Below, piece by piece: positions 50,640 to 63,757 of a stretch of 64,000 nt of DNA. Positions within the stretch are counted from its first letter, which is position 1, and every line of letters starts with the position of its first letter. The DNA is from Octopus bimaculoides (taxonomy: Eukaryota): NCBI RefSeq assembly GCF_001194135.2, contig NC_068991.1, forward strand, positions 53,743 through 117,742, given 5' to 3'. A program made the translations under genes and the position numbers. The notes beneath the pieces were generated by a model. That model saw only the letters and a list, made by a program, of their open reading frames with translations, made no database searches and was not told the origin of the DNA.

Positions 50640-50851
50640 CAGTAATCTCTTGACTACTGTGGGTGTTACATTTCAAAACCTCCCACAGAAATAATTCAAA
50701 TATAAATCCCTATCAACTGCAGAAATCCAGATATACTGAGGAGTTTGCCGTAGAAATTCACAAAAATCCACGATGTACTGAGTGCATGATAGGTGAACCG
50801 TGATATACTGAGTGCGCAAGGGGTGGACTGTGATATGATAAGGGACTACTG
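50640..50851. mobile_element. Tigger/Tc1-mariner-like MITE
   Basis: TA|CAGTAATCTC...GATAAGGGACTACTG|TA: imperfect terminal inverted repeats with TA flanks. Confidence 0.45.
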
Positions 50852-51364
50852 TATATGGACTTGTGTGGTTCCTGCGATCATTCTTCTCATGTAATTCGCA
50901 TTGTTTTGCTCAGTCTTTAACATCCAGTCGTAGTCTTAAGTTTATGATGGAAATAGAACTAAAAGTTATGATTTCCATCCTAACTTATAATTTCAGAATA
51001 AGTTATCACATTTCATCTCACTCATCATCATCATCGTTTAACGTCAGCTTTTCATGCTGGCATGGGTTGGACGGTGTGACTGAGGGCTGGCAAGCCAGAG
51101 GGCTGCACCAGGTTCCAATATGATCTGGCAATGTTTCTACAGCTGGATGCTCTTTCTAATGCCAACCACACCGAGAGTGTAGTGGATGCTTTTTACGTGC
51201 CACCGGCATGAGGGCCAGTCAGGTGGTACTGGCATTGGCCACGCTCAAATGGTACTTTTTACATGCCACCGGCATGGGACCAGTCAGCTAGCACTGGCAT
51301 CAACCATGCTCTAGAAGTGATAATTTAAATGAAATTGAGTGGTTAGACATTAAAATGTCCTTAC

Positions 51365-51463
51365 TTGGTAAATATCTTCATTAAAATCTTTATATGGAGT
51401 TGGGATAATCCCATCAGAAGCCATTTCAGAAGCATAATATTGCATGGTCTTCATACAAAACAC
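51365..51463 (-). CDS. SELENOL: Selenoprotein L exon 8
   Basis: Acceptor tttatttacag|. VFCMKTMQYYASEMASDGIIPTPYKDFNEDIYQ. Donor |GTAAGG; 99 nt, phase 0 to 0. Confidence 0.85.
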
Positions 51464-51569
51464 CTGTAAATAAATAAATTAATATCGTCAATTCCTTGAG
51501 ATTACAAATTGTACATTTATGGGAGGGAAATATACCTAGGTGGGTTAGGGTTAGAAATTCAAAGAAGGA

Positions 51570-52550
51570 TTCATCATAGTCCTCCAGGCAATAACAGAGG
51601 AATTCAAGACAGGATGCCCCTGAGAGCTCCTCTATGCTGATGACCTTGCTCTAACTGCTGAGTCATTATCAGAACTAGAGGAGAAGTTTTAGGTGTGGAA
51701 GCAAGGATTAGAATCGAAGGGCTTTAGAGTCAACCTAGCTAAAACCAAAGTCTTAATAAGTAGGAAGGCAGACAAACCACAATCGATCTGTACAAAAGGC
51801 ATAGGTAGAAACTCCATAAGATGTACCCAGTGTAAGCCATGGACACACAAGAGGTGTAGTAATATCAAAGGAAGGCTAACTGGGAAGATAGTTTTTGTAT
51901 GTGGCAGATGCTCAGGAGTAANNNNNNNNNNGGAAGGCAGACAAACCACAATCGATCTGTACAAAAGGCATAGGTAGAAACTCCATAAGATGTACCCAGT
52001 GTAAGCCATGGACACACAAGAGGTGTAGTAATATCAAAGGAAGGCTAACTGGGAAGATAGTTTTTGTATGTGGCAGATGCTCAGGAGTAATAAACACTGA
52101 AAATGTGCAGAGAACAACTTGTGTCACATTCCAGGGAGAAAAACTAGAAGTAGTTGATAGCTTCCGTTACCTAGGTGACCAAATCATTTGTAGGGGCAGG
52201 AAGCTCTGAAAGTGTAGCTGCTAGGATAAGAATAGCCTGGGCAAAGTTCAGAGAGCCCCTACTTCCGCTGGTGACAAAGGGCCTCTCACTCAGAGTAAAA
52301 GGTAGACTATGACGCATGTGTGCGAACTGCCATGCTACATGGCAGTGAATCATGGGCCATGACTGCTGATGACATGCATAAGCTCGCAAGCAATGAAGCC
52401 GGTATGCTCCAATGGATGTGTATTGTCAGTATGCATACACAACAGAGTGTAAGTGCCCTGAGAGAAAAGTTGGATTCAAGAAGCATCAGATGTGGTGTGC
52501 AAGAGAGACGGCTGCGCTGGTATGGTCATGTGTTGTGAATGGATGAGGAC
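51570..52550 (+). mobile_element. RTE LINE fragment (same family as 30920-32600) in SELENOL intron 7
   Basis: Near-identical to 31730-32560. Contains a 10-N gap flanked by duplicated sequence. Confidence 0.85.
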
Positions 52551-52800
52551 AGCTGTTACAGGAGAATAGTATGGGATTATGTGATGTTCATTCTTCTCTT
52601 CCAATATATTAGTCTTCTCACTGATCTCAGACACAAACTTGTGAATTAAGTCATTCCTAAAATCTATGTAAAAAATGGAAATAAAACAAGGGGTGGAATT
52701 TATCAAAGTAAGGTCTGACTCCAGCTAAAGAAATATTTAACTATATATACACACACACATATATATATATATAGGAAAGAGTATAATACAAATATCTTAC

Positions 52801-52839
52801 TTCCTTGACAGATCTACTTAATCCAAGAGCAGAGTAAAT
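52801..52839 (-). CDS. SELENOL: Selenoprotein L exon 7 (39-nt micro-exon)
   Basis: Acceptor (t)nctag|. IYSALGLSRSVKE is the family-typical Y..(F/L)GL.RS segment. Donor |GTAAGA. Confidence 0.85.
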
Positions 52840-54076
52840 CTAGAAAAAAAAAAAAAAATTGTGATTAAGTGACAAAAAGTTACAAGCAAGATTACCCCCA
52901 CCCCACGTGTATATCTATCTATACCTATAGTATAGCTCAGTTTGTGTGTGTGTGTGTGTGTTGCATCTATAGAAATCCACACCTTAACAAAAAGTTTTTT
53001 AAATGAATTCTCCGATATAGATCTCCACTCATCTTTATTCAGGCATATAATTTAGTATTTTATACACACCGGACCACTTGGAATTTTCATTTTTATTTTT
53101 TCCTTTAGACTCATTTACAACTCTTTCGGCTTTTCTATATTTATTATCAAGATCACACAGTGGTTGTGGGAAAAACTCTTTTTAAAAAACTTTAAAAATT
53201 CTATCTCTGATGAAGGAAATGCAGCCACCAAAGTCAAAGGAAAAAGTTTTTTCTTTGTGTATTCCCTGAAACGATTGCAAGATATCTCACTTCATTATAT
53301 TTTTATTTCAGCCATGAACTGCTTTATTTTTATTTCATTCGAGGACAATTTAAAATCGTTTTACTCTACTTAATTTTATTTCATTCAAGGGCTATCGTAA
53401 ATCAACATCTCACCTGCTTGTGATTTTAATTTATTTTATCAGATGTAATTTTCTGTATATATCTTGTGATCACCCAACCTTGGAATTATATAATAAAAAT
53501 ATATATGTATATATTTGATTGTATTCCCAATTTGAATATGTATTGGCCGGACAAGGAGGATGATAAATTAATCTGTTTTCTCTCGCTCCTTGAACTTTGA
53601 TATTTGCTCAATATATTGAGCCCTTCCATGTTATTCTGTGGAAAAAGTTATATATCATCATCATCGTTTAACGTCCGCTTTCCATGCTAGCATGGGTTGG
53701 ACGATTTGACTGAGGACTGGTGAAACCGGATGGCAACACCAGGCTCCAATCTAATTTGGCAGAGTTTCTACAGCTGGATGCCCTTCCTAACGCCAACCAC
53801 TCAACATTGTAGCTCACTTGAAGCATTGTAATAGAGAAGTAGAAAATGAAAGAAAAGAGAAATACGGAAAGCTTCTAATGATGCAGAGTTTTCAAAAGGA
53901 AAAAAGGAACTTTAAATTTTGGGTGCAAAGGCCTATCTTAGTCAAAGATCTGTGCATTTGCATAGATTTTGTTATTTTCAACTGCTCAGCATTTGGGTTA
54001 GCAGCAGCAGCAACTCTCCAACTGTTGGTAATATTTAGAATTCAACATTTCTGAAAAATATTTTTAAATGTCTCAC

Positions 54077-54199
54077 ATTTTTTGAAGAATCTTGAAAAGA
54101 AGGGAAAGAAGATTTCGTTTCTGCCAACCACTGTTTAATAGACTTCTGTGATCCAAAGAAAAGAAGTAGAATATCACAGCCTAAAGCTTTCAAATCTGA
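54077..54199 (-). CDS. SELENOL: Selenoprotein L exon 6
   Basis: Acceptor cattttgcag|. SDLKALGCDILLLFFGSQKSIKQWLAETKSSFPSFQDSSKN. Donor |GTGAGA. Confidence 0.87.
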
Positions 54200-55111
54200 C
54201 TGCAAAATGAAATAAAACTGTGTCAGTAATTTTATCAATTTAAGTATTTAGGGACATAAGGTGGAAAAAAAAAAAATTTTTAGGGTTAATAGTAAATTTA
54301 AATATTTTTTCAAATATTTCTTATATTAATGGCAACTTAGCAGTTCTGAATAGATATCTTAAACTTCTTAGAAACATTGTTTATAATCTAGAAGGGTATA
54401 TTCTGAGCAAGGTAAGTGAAAAGTTAGGCAAAATATGTAAAATGATGTCAATAAATAAAAGCCATAGAAAATATATTGTATAACTTTACATAGGTTGTTT
54501 AATACTTTTATAATATTTTGGGAAGCATTCTTCTTATCAAATAAGGGAAAGAAAATAATCCATGAACTTAGAGCGAAGTGTTGTTACTGGCAGGCCATTT
54601 TGGGGTGTTGGATTACAAGAAGGTGAACAGACAAAGAAGACTCAGTATTCAACAGATACATAGGAGCAAAAACTAAAGACATATAAGAGACAAATTTTCT
54701 GAAATGCACAGATGGTTCTCTGGAGGTAGTCAATAGTTTCTATTACCTATGTGATCTTATTAGCAGTGGAGGAGAATTTTCTGCAAGTCTAGTTTCTAGA
54801 ACAGAACCAGCTGGAGAAAGTTCTGTTGTGGCACCTGCTGCCAATTAAGTCATTTGGTTAGTAAAGAGACCTATTTCTAGGGAGCCTTCTCACTGTTTTC
54901 CATGTTTAATGCCTCTGTGCACCTGCCACATTTTATGGTTACCACTGCTGTTAGCCTGTCTGTAACCTATATATACATAAATACAGGATCACAAGTAGGT
55001 TAACATGTAAAAAGGAATGTTACATAACCTATCTGCAGAAGAAAGTGAGACAACAAATATGATTGCAAGAGTTATTGTAGACTGGTGGTGGGGGGGAAGA
55101 AACAAGCCTAC

Positions 55112-55363
55112 CTTCCGAGTTTCTAGCTCCATTACGTGTTTACGTCAGGGTAGTCATGCAAAGTGGCGCTGGAGAACAAGTAGTAAATAAGGAGAAGTGA
55201 AAGCTGGGAGTAATTTGTCCAGAGTAACTGAATTTCCCTCTACTACATCAACAACTGTTAGTTGCTGGGATAAATACTCTCCAGCCTCAAGTATTTTAGT
55301 TTTCTCACGGGACTCACCATGGATAGCAGCATCAACAGTGTGAAGAAACTGATCCCATTCTAT
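55112..55363 (-). CDS. SELENOL: Selenoprotein L exon 5, containing two in-frame TGA (Sec) codons forming a UxxU motif
   Basis: Acceptor cctttttacag|. IEWDQFLHTVD...YLLLVLQRHFA-TGA-CTA-CCC-TGA-RKHVMELETRK. Donor AAG|GTAGGC; 252 nt, phase 0 to 0. TGA codons at 55156-55154 and 55147-55145. Confidence 0.9.
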
Positions 55364-55831
55364 CTGTAAAAAGGATACAAACCAAAAGAGAACATTAAAG
55401 AAGGTTGGCTAGGCATGAATTAGCTAATTACACAAGAAATGTCGGTGTGCTTTTGAGGAGATGTGTAAATGTTTTATGTTTGAACTTTTTTTGAAGATAA
55501 AAAACTGACACTTCCACCTCTTGTGTAACTTGTTAGTCTTGAAGTATTTTCATGAGGTAAAGAAAATGTTTGATGAGCAGATGATTGCATACATATCCAA
55601 ATATATACACAAATATATACACAAATATATACACAAATATATACACAAATATATACACAAATTCTAGTTTTTGTTAAAGAGGGTCTAATAATATATATCC
55701 TCTTATACAAAATCAACTGTATAATTAGTTAGCTGTAAAAAAAAACAATTATTACAGCAATAATGGAAATTGACAAATTTTGTCAAAGCAATATCAACCA
55801 TGAAGAAGATGATGGGTGTGTGTGTGTGTGC

Positions 55832-55880
<49 letters not shown>

Positions 55881-56532
55881 TATGAGTTTTTCTTCTCCTA
55901 GATGAGTTGCCATCACCATGGGTAAGGAGTCTCATCTGCCCCATACATGTACATACACACAAAAAAAAAAGTAAAAATATATGAGAGCATTCAACGACAA
56001 TATGAATCTTCGAAGACAGTTGCCCCCATAAATTCCAAAATAAAATTTGGGATGTATGGAGGCTCAAAGTTGGGAACGAAAACAGGACAGTGGAGACATA
56101 CAAGGAAACTGAACGAAAACAAACATGGAAGGTTATTAGACCAGAACGAGGGGAAAATAGTGAACACTGGGAGAAATATTTTCTTTGAAAAGGGAAAAGA
56201 TAGAAGAGAGAGATAGAAGATGTCCAGTCCTTAGAAAGTCGTGCAGGAAAAGCAAGATGGATGATGGTCACATGTGAGCAACGAGAGAGAGAGAAAAAAG
56301 AAAGAGGGGGAGAGAGAGAGAAACAGATGGAAAACAGTGAAGGAGAGAAAAAGGGAATTAGAGAAGGATGGGGGAGAAAACAGTATAGAATCACATCAAA
56401 AAGGTGAAGATAAACTTATTTGGAAATGGATGCGTGGCATTCAATGAAATAATAATATAAATTATATATATATATATATTAGTAAAACAATAAAAAATGT
56501 TAAAGAAATACTACAAAAATGTCATGCATTAC

Positions 56533-56578
56533 CTCGAATTCAATGAGATTATTTGCCAGCTCTTTTACGGAAGAATTT
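56533..56578 (-). CDS. SELENOL: Selenoprotein L exon 4
   Basis: Acceptor tttgttttag|A. NSSVKELANNLIEFE. Donor |GTAATG; phase 2 to 0. Confidence 0.78.
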
Positions 56579-57914
56579 CTAAAACAAATAAAAATACTGA
56601 CATTTCAAATGAAGAAATTTGATTCATCATTTTTGTTTCTTTTCACCAACTTTAAGGCAGGGTGTAGTGCAGTGGGGTGGAGTATTGATATGGTACAGTG
56701 GGGGTGAAGTGTAGTGGACAGGGAACATTCACAGTTGTGTTAGCTGAGGAAAGGAGCACTAATGAACATCAGTGGTGATTTCTGGCCCATAACTCTGAAC
56801 TCAGAATTTAAGATTTTGGCCATGGTACATGGTGCTTGTTAGTAATGTGGTTAGGAGCATGTAGACGTGCAGGATTCCTGGCAGTTCTATTCACAACCAT
56901 CTCTTTCCTCAAGCAATACATCCCAGAGTAGGTGACTATTAACCCTTTCAATACTAACCCGACTGAAACCACCTCTGGCTCTGAGTACAAATGTCTCATT
57001 TTCATAAGTTTTGAATTAAAATCTTCCACCAAACTTTAGTCACAATTTATGTTCCTAACACTAGCTGAATGATAACTAAGTTATTTTACTAAATTCTTTG
57101 TTATATCTAAAATTAATTGAAAGAAACACAGAGCATCTCAAAATAAATATTGTATTGAAAGGGTTAAGTATGGTTTTGATGAAGCTCTGATCCATTCGGA
57201 TCAATCCAAAAGCCTTAGACAAATTTGCTTATCAGTATTCAGTGCACCTAGTTTTGATTTTGTTTGCAGGTTGGGTCCCTTCAATGACGAGAAGCTTTTG
57301 TTCTGTGACCAGACTAAATGGCCACTGGTCAAAATCATTTCAAATCTCATGCTTAACCTATGTCCTTTCACATTGCTTCTACATATTTGATCTCATGAGC
57401 CAGTGTTGCAGAAATGCAGAAGTTAGTGGTGTTGAGGGGCATCCCATTTCATCTAGGATACAAGAAGGCTGTGTCAATGTATGCAGACAACATCACCACA
57501 GAAGCCATGTTGGTCAGCACTATACTGAAGGAATAGGAAGGAGTCACAGGAGGAAGTATTAATTCAGTAGCTTTTGTCCCTCCTGCATCAATAAAATAAC
57601 ACTGGAACTGAAGGTGTTAACTAATCCCTCCCCTCAAAACAACTGACCTTATGCCAAAGAAATCACTGTTAGAGTGGTGTGTGAGAGAATTACATTCTGA
57701 GTTCAAATCCTGCTGTAGTCAACTCTATATTTCATCCTTTCAGAGTAAATAAAATAGCCAACAACTATGATTGAATTAACTAAAAACCCTTCCCAAAAGT
57801 TGTGGCTTTGCACCAAAGTCAGATATTAATTTCAAGGACTGGCAAAATCAATAACACTAGACAAAGTATTTAAGTCCCTTCATGTTTTGTTGATTTGGGT
57901 CAATAGTGAAGAAA

Positions 57915-57949
<35 letters not shown>

Positions 57950-58171
57950 ATAATAATAATAATAATAATGGGTGTTCTTGAAATGTCTCTAACTAATCCC
58001 ATGCTAGCATGGAAAATGGATGTTAAATGATGATGATGATAACCCCTACACATTTAGGGTTAATGTAAGAAAGGCCAAGGCAGTATTTGAACTGATGAAA
58101 TCATCATTTCTAACAGCTTTACCACTAGATAAAACAACCCACAATACCATAATTTAGTTAAAATTATTTAC

Positions 58172-58225
58172 CTGAAATGCTTTCCTAGCTGTAAATCCAG
58201 TTCCTTTCGATTTTGAATGCCAAGG
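58172..58225 (-). CDS. SELENOL: Selenoprotein L exon 3
   Basis: Acceptor tttacgacag|C. LGIQNRKELDLQLGKHF. Donor AG|GTAAAT; phase 2 to 2. Confidence 0.75.
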
Positions 58226-59149
58226 CTGTCGTAAATTCAGTAAAACAGGAAGAAGTGAATAAAAAATGTTTTGTTAGATAAAAAAAGAATTTCAAACATT
58301 AAATATTATCACCATTATCATTACTATTCTATACATCTACATTTTGTCCTATTATAATCAAGCAGGAATATTTTTTGTCACCAACTCGAACTTGTATATA
58401 TCATTAGAGAAATAGTTTTAAAATAAGTTCCCTACTTATAGCAAACTAGTCATACATGATGTAGGAATTGTACCTGGGGAAAATAAGGAGACAAAAAGTT
58501 TTATGGGTTCATTCTTAGAACAACCAAAAGTCTTTTGCTATTGTTTTTTGTGACTTCGATTAAATAATAGACAGATGCATTGAGTTATATTGAAATTGAA
58601 AAATTAAGTTTAATTTTCAGATGTCATTTTTGCAACAACAATGTCACACTGCAATGTGGGTTTCAAATTTTGGCACAAGGTTAGCAATTTTGGGGGAGGA
58701 AGGAAGTCAATGACATCAACCCCCAACTGATAATTATTTCATTGACTCCAAGAGGATGAAAGGCAAAGCTGACATTGGCAGAATTTGAACTCAAAATATA
58801 AAGACAAACAAAATACTTGGCAGCATTTTGCCTGGCAATGCTTATAATTCTTCAAAATAACCACTTCACACTAACATAGGTTGGATTTTTTTAACAAAGT
58901 CTTTCAAAGTCACTTTTTTTCTCTACATTTAACAGCTTCTCACCCACATGACTGTTTATCCATAAAATTATGTTTGGGTAGTTTAACTGTCAAGTAAAGG
59001 ACACACTTCACCTAATAAGGTTCCTTGTGCTGATCACAAAGTCTATATCACAACACATTTACCACAGAATCACTATATTAAATACTGAGCTTATGTCATC
59101 TTATGCTTTCATAAATTCATCTTGCAAATTTTAAATTTGAATACCTTAC

Positions 59150-59228
59150 CTTCTAAACAACGTATTGTATGTGTTGGCGAGCTGAAACATTTTTCCCACT
59201 TTTGAGGAAATGAAATTTTCAAGACAAT
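59150..59228 (-). CDS. SELENOL: Selenoprotein L exon 2
   Basis: Acceptor tgtttttcag|AT. CLENFISSKVGKMFQLANTYNTLFR. Donor AG|GTAAGG; phase 1 to 2. Confidence 0.8.
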
Positions 59229-61114
59229 CTGAAAAACACAAATTATATAATGAAAAGTTAAATAGGGGTTTCACATGCACATAAGGGCAAGACAAACAAA
59301 TCACAGTTTTGCAAGCTCACAAATGCAGGGGCCATGATAAAACACTCAGTGCATTCTGTATAGTGGTTGTCTGGCAGTATAAACCATGCTCAAACATTGA
59401 ACGCTACACAGTCCTCAGACCTTTCAGATCTTATCAAACTCTCCAACTAAAGACAGCAAGTAAGAAGGTGATGTTGATGTGGTATTTGATTTTTATTGAG
59501 AAGAGACTCAAGGAAAATAGAAAGCAAAGTCGATCTGGGCAGGATTCAAACATAAATCATTCTACTGATTTTGCCACTAATATGTTAATTATTTAGGTTC
59601 AAAGTCAATTGAAGTTGATTACATTGAATAATACAGTATATAACTGGTGCTGCATATATCAGCTTTAGTGTACCTGTTCTTTCCTGGTTATTAATTACAC
59701 TGACCTTAAACATTAGGATTGTAGAATTACTAAAATTCTAGCTTATGGAGCAACACGTATCGCAAAGATGGTACGTTTCAAAGAAGGTACAACATTGGCA
59801 ACATCAATAATGCTGCCAAGGTCAGTGCTTGGGTACTCAGCACTTTCGATCAGCCCTGCAATGTACACTACCAACTTCTTCAACAACACCTTCCAACTAA
59901 CCATCTTCACTACACCAGCAGGAAATTGCAGTCAAAAAAAAAAAAAGATCAATAGTTTTATGATCAAGCACACCGTGGAGTAAATTTGTAACTCGGCAAA
60001 ATTTGAAATATTTCACACCAAATCGTGTGACAGGCCATATCACCACACAACCCTCTCGCCCCCTTCATCCCCCAACTCACGTTGTCTCATCTTCTTTGTT
60101 CCGGGAGTGTTCCCATGTTCTTATTAAGTTGTTATTAACTAGATTTAAAAAAATTGTGTAAGTTATTTGAGTGCTCCAGGCGATCGTCCATTCAAGAGAA
60201 CAGGCTCTAGCAGCCCACTTTAGAGTAAGAAAAATTGGTAGAGCGCCGAACATCTTTGCAGTATTTAGTTAGCATTAGGAAGGAATTTCAACCATGTTTC
60301 GTGGTCTGCTACCACAACAGCTCCTTTATAGGATCCAGTTAGCTCAAGACATCATCAGGAGGAACCACGTCCGGTTTCGGCCCCTACTCCTCTACCGTTT
60401 TGACGTGGCGGGGCCCCTCCTTTCGGAGGTGTCTTCAGCTCTGGTGTTGGGTGCATGTCTTCTTTCGCTGTTTGTGACTGTNNNNNNNNNNCTACCGTTT
60501 TGACGTGGCGGGGCCCCTCCTTTCGGAGGTGTCTTCAGCTCTGGTGTTGGGTGCATGTCTTCTTTCGCTGTTTGTGACTGTTCTAATTCAACTGTGGAAT
60601 GTCTCTCGCTATGGTTATTTTCCAGGAGGTTCTGGCCACACGTCTTACGGTTCATCAACCCGCGTTGTTGAATTACTTTCTTCCGACATACCTTCCCTTG
60701 TGTACATACCTTCCAAGTTGTGTACAAAAAACTGTCCTGCAAAATGGAAACAGCAAACTGAATTTATTTACGCTTATATTTCACTGCACAAATGTTAAGA
60801 GATGAAATATATAAAGAAAACTAGTTTCTTCTTTCCATTTACATTCTGTGATCAAATCTAGACGAGGTCAGCTGTTCCTTTCATCCTTCTGAGGTGGATA
60901 TTAAATATGTAACCAGTCGAGTATAAGGTCAATTGGGCGATCTTAGGTTAAATAGCGGACCAATTTCCACACCTCATACTCCTACTTTCTTAAAAAAAAA
61001 AGGAAGATATATGAGAAACCGGTCGGACTAAGAAGACCAGTTGGAATACCTTTCATGACCCGTCTGCTCAATTCGGGCAAACCTGGGGTTAAACAGCAGA
61101 ATTAAAGATCATAC

Positions 61115-61262
61115 CTTTCCTGTTAAATTCTGCAATGCCATCTTCAAGAATGATTTTACCGTGTTTCAAGAATTCTTCAAGTGCAGCGGAAATATTTGAG
61201 GTAAAAACAGAATTTGATTCCAACGATTCTGATGTTTGACCTTTGTTTAAGTCGGAGGCCAT
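61115..61262 (-). CDS. SELENOL: Selenoprotein L exon 1
   Basis: MASDLNKGQTSESLESNSVFTSNISAALEEFLKHGKIILEDGIAEFNRK. Donor G|GTATGA. All ten exons sum to 963 nt = 320 aa plus stop. Confidence 0.8.
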
Positions 61263-61264
61263 CA

Positions 61265-61272
61265 CCGGAAGT
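61265..61272. promoter_or_regulatory. ETS/GABP-type motif CCGGAAGT adjacent to the SELENOL start codon
   Basis: Exact motif. Such motifs are common in housekeeping promoters; function here is not shown. Confidence 0.35.
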
Positions 61273-63511
61273 AAACACCTCTTTTTTACGCACTGCCTTC
61301 TGGGAGTCGGTACGTGGCAGCGAAGTCGTGTCCACATCTCTCCCTCCCACTCTCTCTCTCTCTCTCTAGCAGCCTTATTTACTCACTCCCTCCCACTTTC
61401 TCTCTCTCTTATTTACTCACTCTCACCTTATTTACTCCCTCTCTCTTTATTTACTCACTCTCTCTTATTTACTCACTCTCTCTCTCTCTCTCTCTACCAT
61501 TACACATCAAACCCGTTTTATAACATCAACTCGACTTTATTTCTGATTATTTCTGACATCAAAGTAAGTCAATATTTTTACTCAATTCTCCACAATTTTT
61601 CTTAAACTTTGTCGACTTTTCTTCTTTTTTATTCATTAACTTTTATATTCTCAATTTATTTGTTCGTTTTAAATAACTTAATTTCCTCAAACGTCACTTT
61701 TCCATGGGCCTTCTTCAATCTGCTAGAAATAGCAGCTAATTCTCTCTCGAATTTCGCCCCAAAATTAGGAAGTCCCTGTTGGATAAGGTAGTCCTCTTTT
61801 CTATTGTCTTTGAAAAAAGACGGAATGGTCATAACTGGATTAGAGAGGGAATCAATCCTTGTAAGGGGACAATCCCTTCAGTAGAATTACAAAGTTGCCT
61901 TTCTATAAAAATAATTTATCTTTTCATTCTCATGAATTATTAACAATTCTGTCAAGAATAGCCACACAGGTATGTCTGGGGTTATAGTGATTGTATAAAA
62001 CACACCCGACTATGTATTGTTACATATGAAACCCAGTCAAACAATAATTGAAAGAATAACTTAATACAAACGAATGTCAAATTGTTGCACCGAAACGGTT
62101 GACTTCCAACTTTGGCCGGTTTTTGATGCGAAGTCGATCTTTTCCTTGTGTGTCTATGTATGTATTGTGGTTGACCACTTCTTTGTACCTATACCGTATG
62201 TACACATACGTACGTTCTTGAATCTTTTACATTCGGCCTGTTTTGTGACACACTGATGCTCTCATATATATATATATATATTAACAAGGTGGGGACGACC
62301 CCATTGTCTATTTATTGTATCACTTATTCAGAGCTGCCCACAACGAAACGCATTCCTTTAGAGTGGGAATTAAACATGTATGGTTTCAATATCGTAGATT
62401 ATAAAAGCCTGATCGAAATATTTTAGTGAACTCTGCTAGACATCGTCTTTCCCAATGGAAACCGGACAAATTAGTTTCCTTCGATATCCAAACAATACGT
62501 CAAGGGAGTAAAAACGTGACATTCTGTACTCAGGAACAACTAAAACCTAATAGATCGTGGCGATCTTGCATGGTTTCACCTGTGATGGCCAAAACAAACC
62601 TTTAAGAACCAATAATAACTGTTCTTTCATTGGAATTCTGTATCTATAACAGACAAAACTACATCTCAAAATTAGACTTTCTCTTTAGAACGAAGAAACT
62701 TCTTCAGCTGCTGACTCTATACAAGTCACAATGTTTCTCATATCCCTGAGATAAAACACCTGATAAACGTACAAATATTCTTGACCATCTCCTTAAAATA
62801 GCACCACTCACACACATTCTACTAACACTAACATAAACATAGTGTCATCTGTTCCATCACCAAAATGGGTGACCTGTTTGGCCCTAACATTTCAAAGATG
62901 ACAAAAAGAGTTGTAAACAATCATTTCTTTCATAACCAGGAATGTTTCTGTTCCTTTATATATATATATATATATATNNNNNNNNNNNNNNNNNNNNNNN
63001 NNNNNNNNNNNNNNNNNNNNNNNNTATATATATGTATATATATATATATATATACTGATATATAACTTCTATAGACCAATACCTACTGAAGACTTTCTCA
63101 CATGTCACCAATGATCCTTCATTTTTGACAGTATTGCTGACTGAACATCAGGTAAAACCTTCAGCTACATCTTGTAAGAACCTCCTGGCTATACTGACTA
63201 TCTCCGGTCTATATTGTTTTCTTCTACCATGTCATTGCAGCATGTCGCAGTTGGCGCTCTGTCTCTCTCTCTCTCGACTCTGGTGTTCCCTAGAGTTTGT
63301 CTTTCCCACAGCCATTCTACTGTAGACTAAGGACCAACTTACATCCGTTTGAATAATACTTCTACCCAGATACGGCAGGTATCCTGCACAAGCAACCTCA
63401 ACCTCATGGAACCAAGCTGTGTGTCTGATTTATGTCCCACTTTGTAACTTTTGGTGCTTGTTTGCTTCAATGGATTTCTCAAAAAATATCCTTGTAATAT
63501 CTTCTTTTTAA

Positions 63512-63757
<246 letters not shown>

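Noticed and set aside
51766-52090. Apparent ~155-bp tandem duplication in an RTE fragment
   Set aside because: The two copies flank a 10-N scaffold gap, typical of unmerged contig overlap.
55112-55363. Reading the two TGAs as nonsense mutations in a peroxiredoxin-like pseudogene
   Set aside because: Both stops are TGA and fall exactly at the CxxC-equivalent positions. All other exons are intact and in phase, and a SECIS-pattern element follows the stop.
55783-56394. 203-aa hydrophobic ORF
   Set aside because: Derived from GA-rich low-complexity and (AT)/(AC) repeats within a SELENOL intron.
59768-59983. Coding-looking stretch in SELENOL intron 1
   Set aside because: No clean splice sites, not needed for the phase-consistent gene model, and no recognisable protein in the frames examined; probably decayed transposon sequence.
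60392-60580. Apparent ~90-bp direct repeat
   Set aside because: Identical copies on either side of a 10-N gap; assembly overlap artefact.
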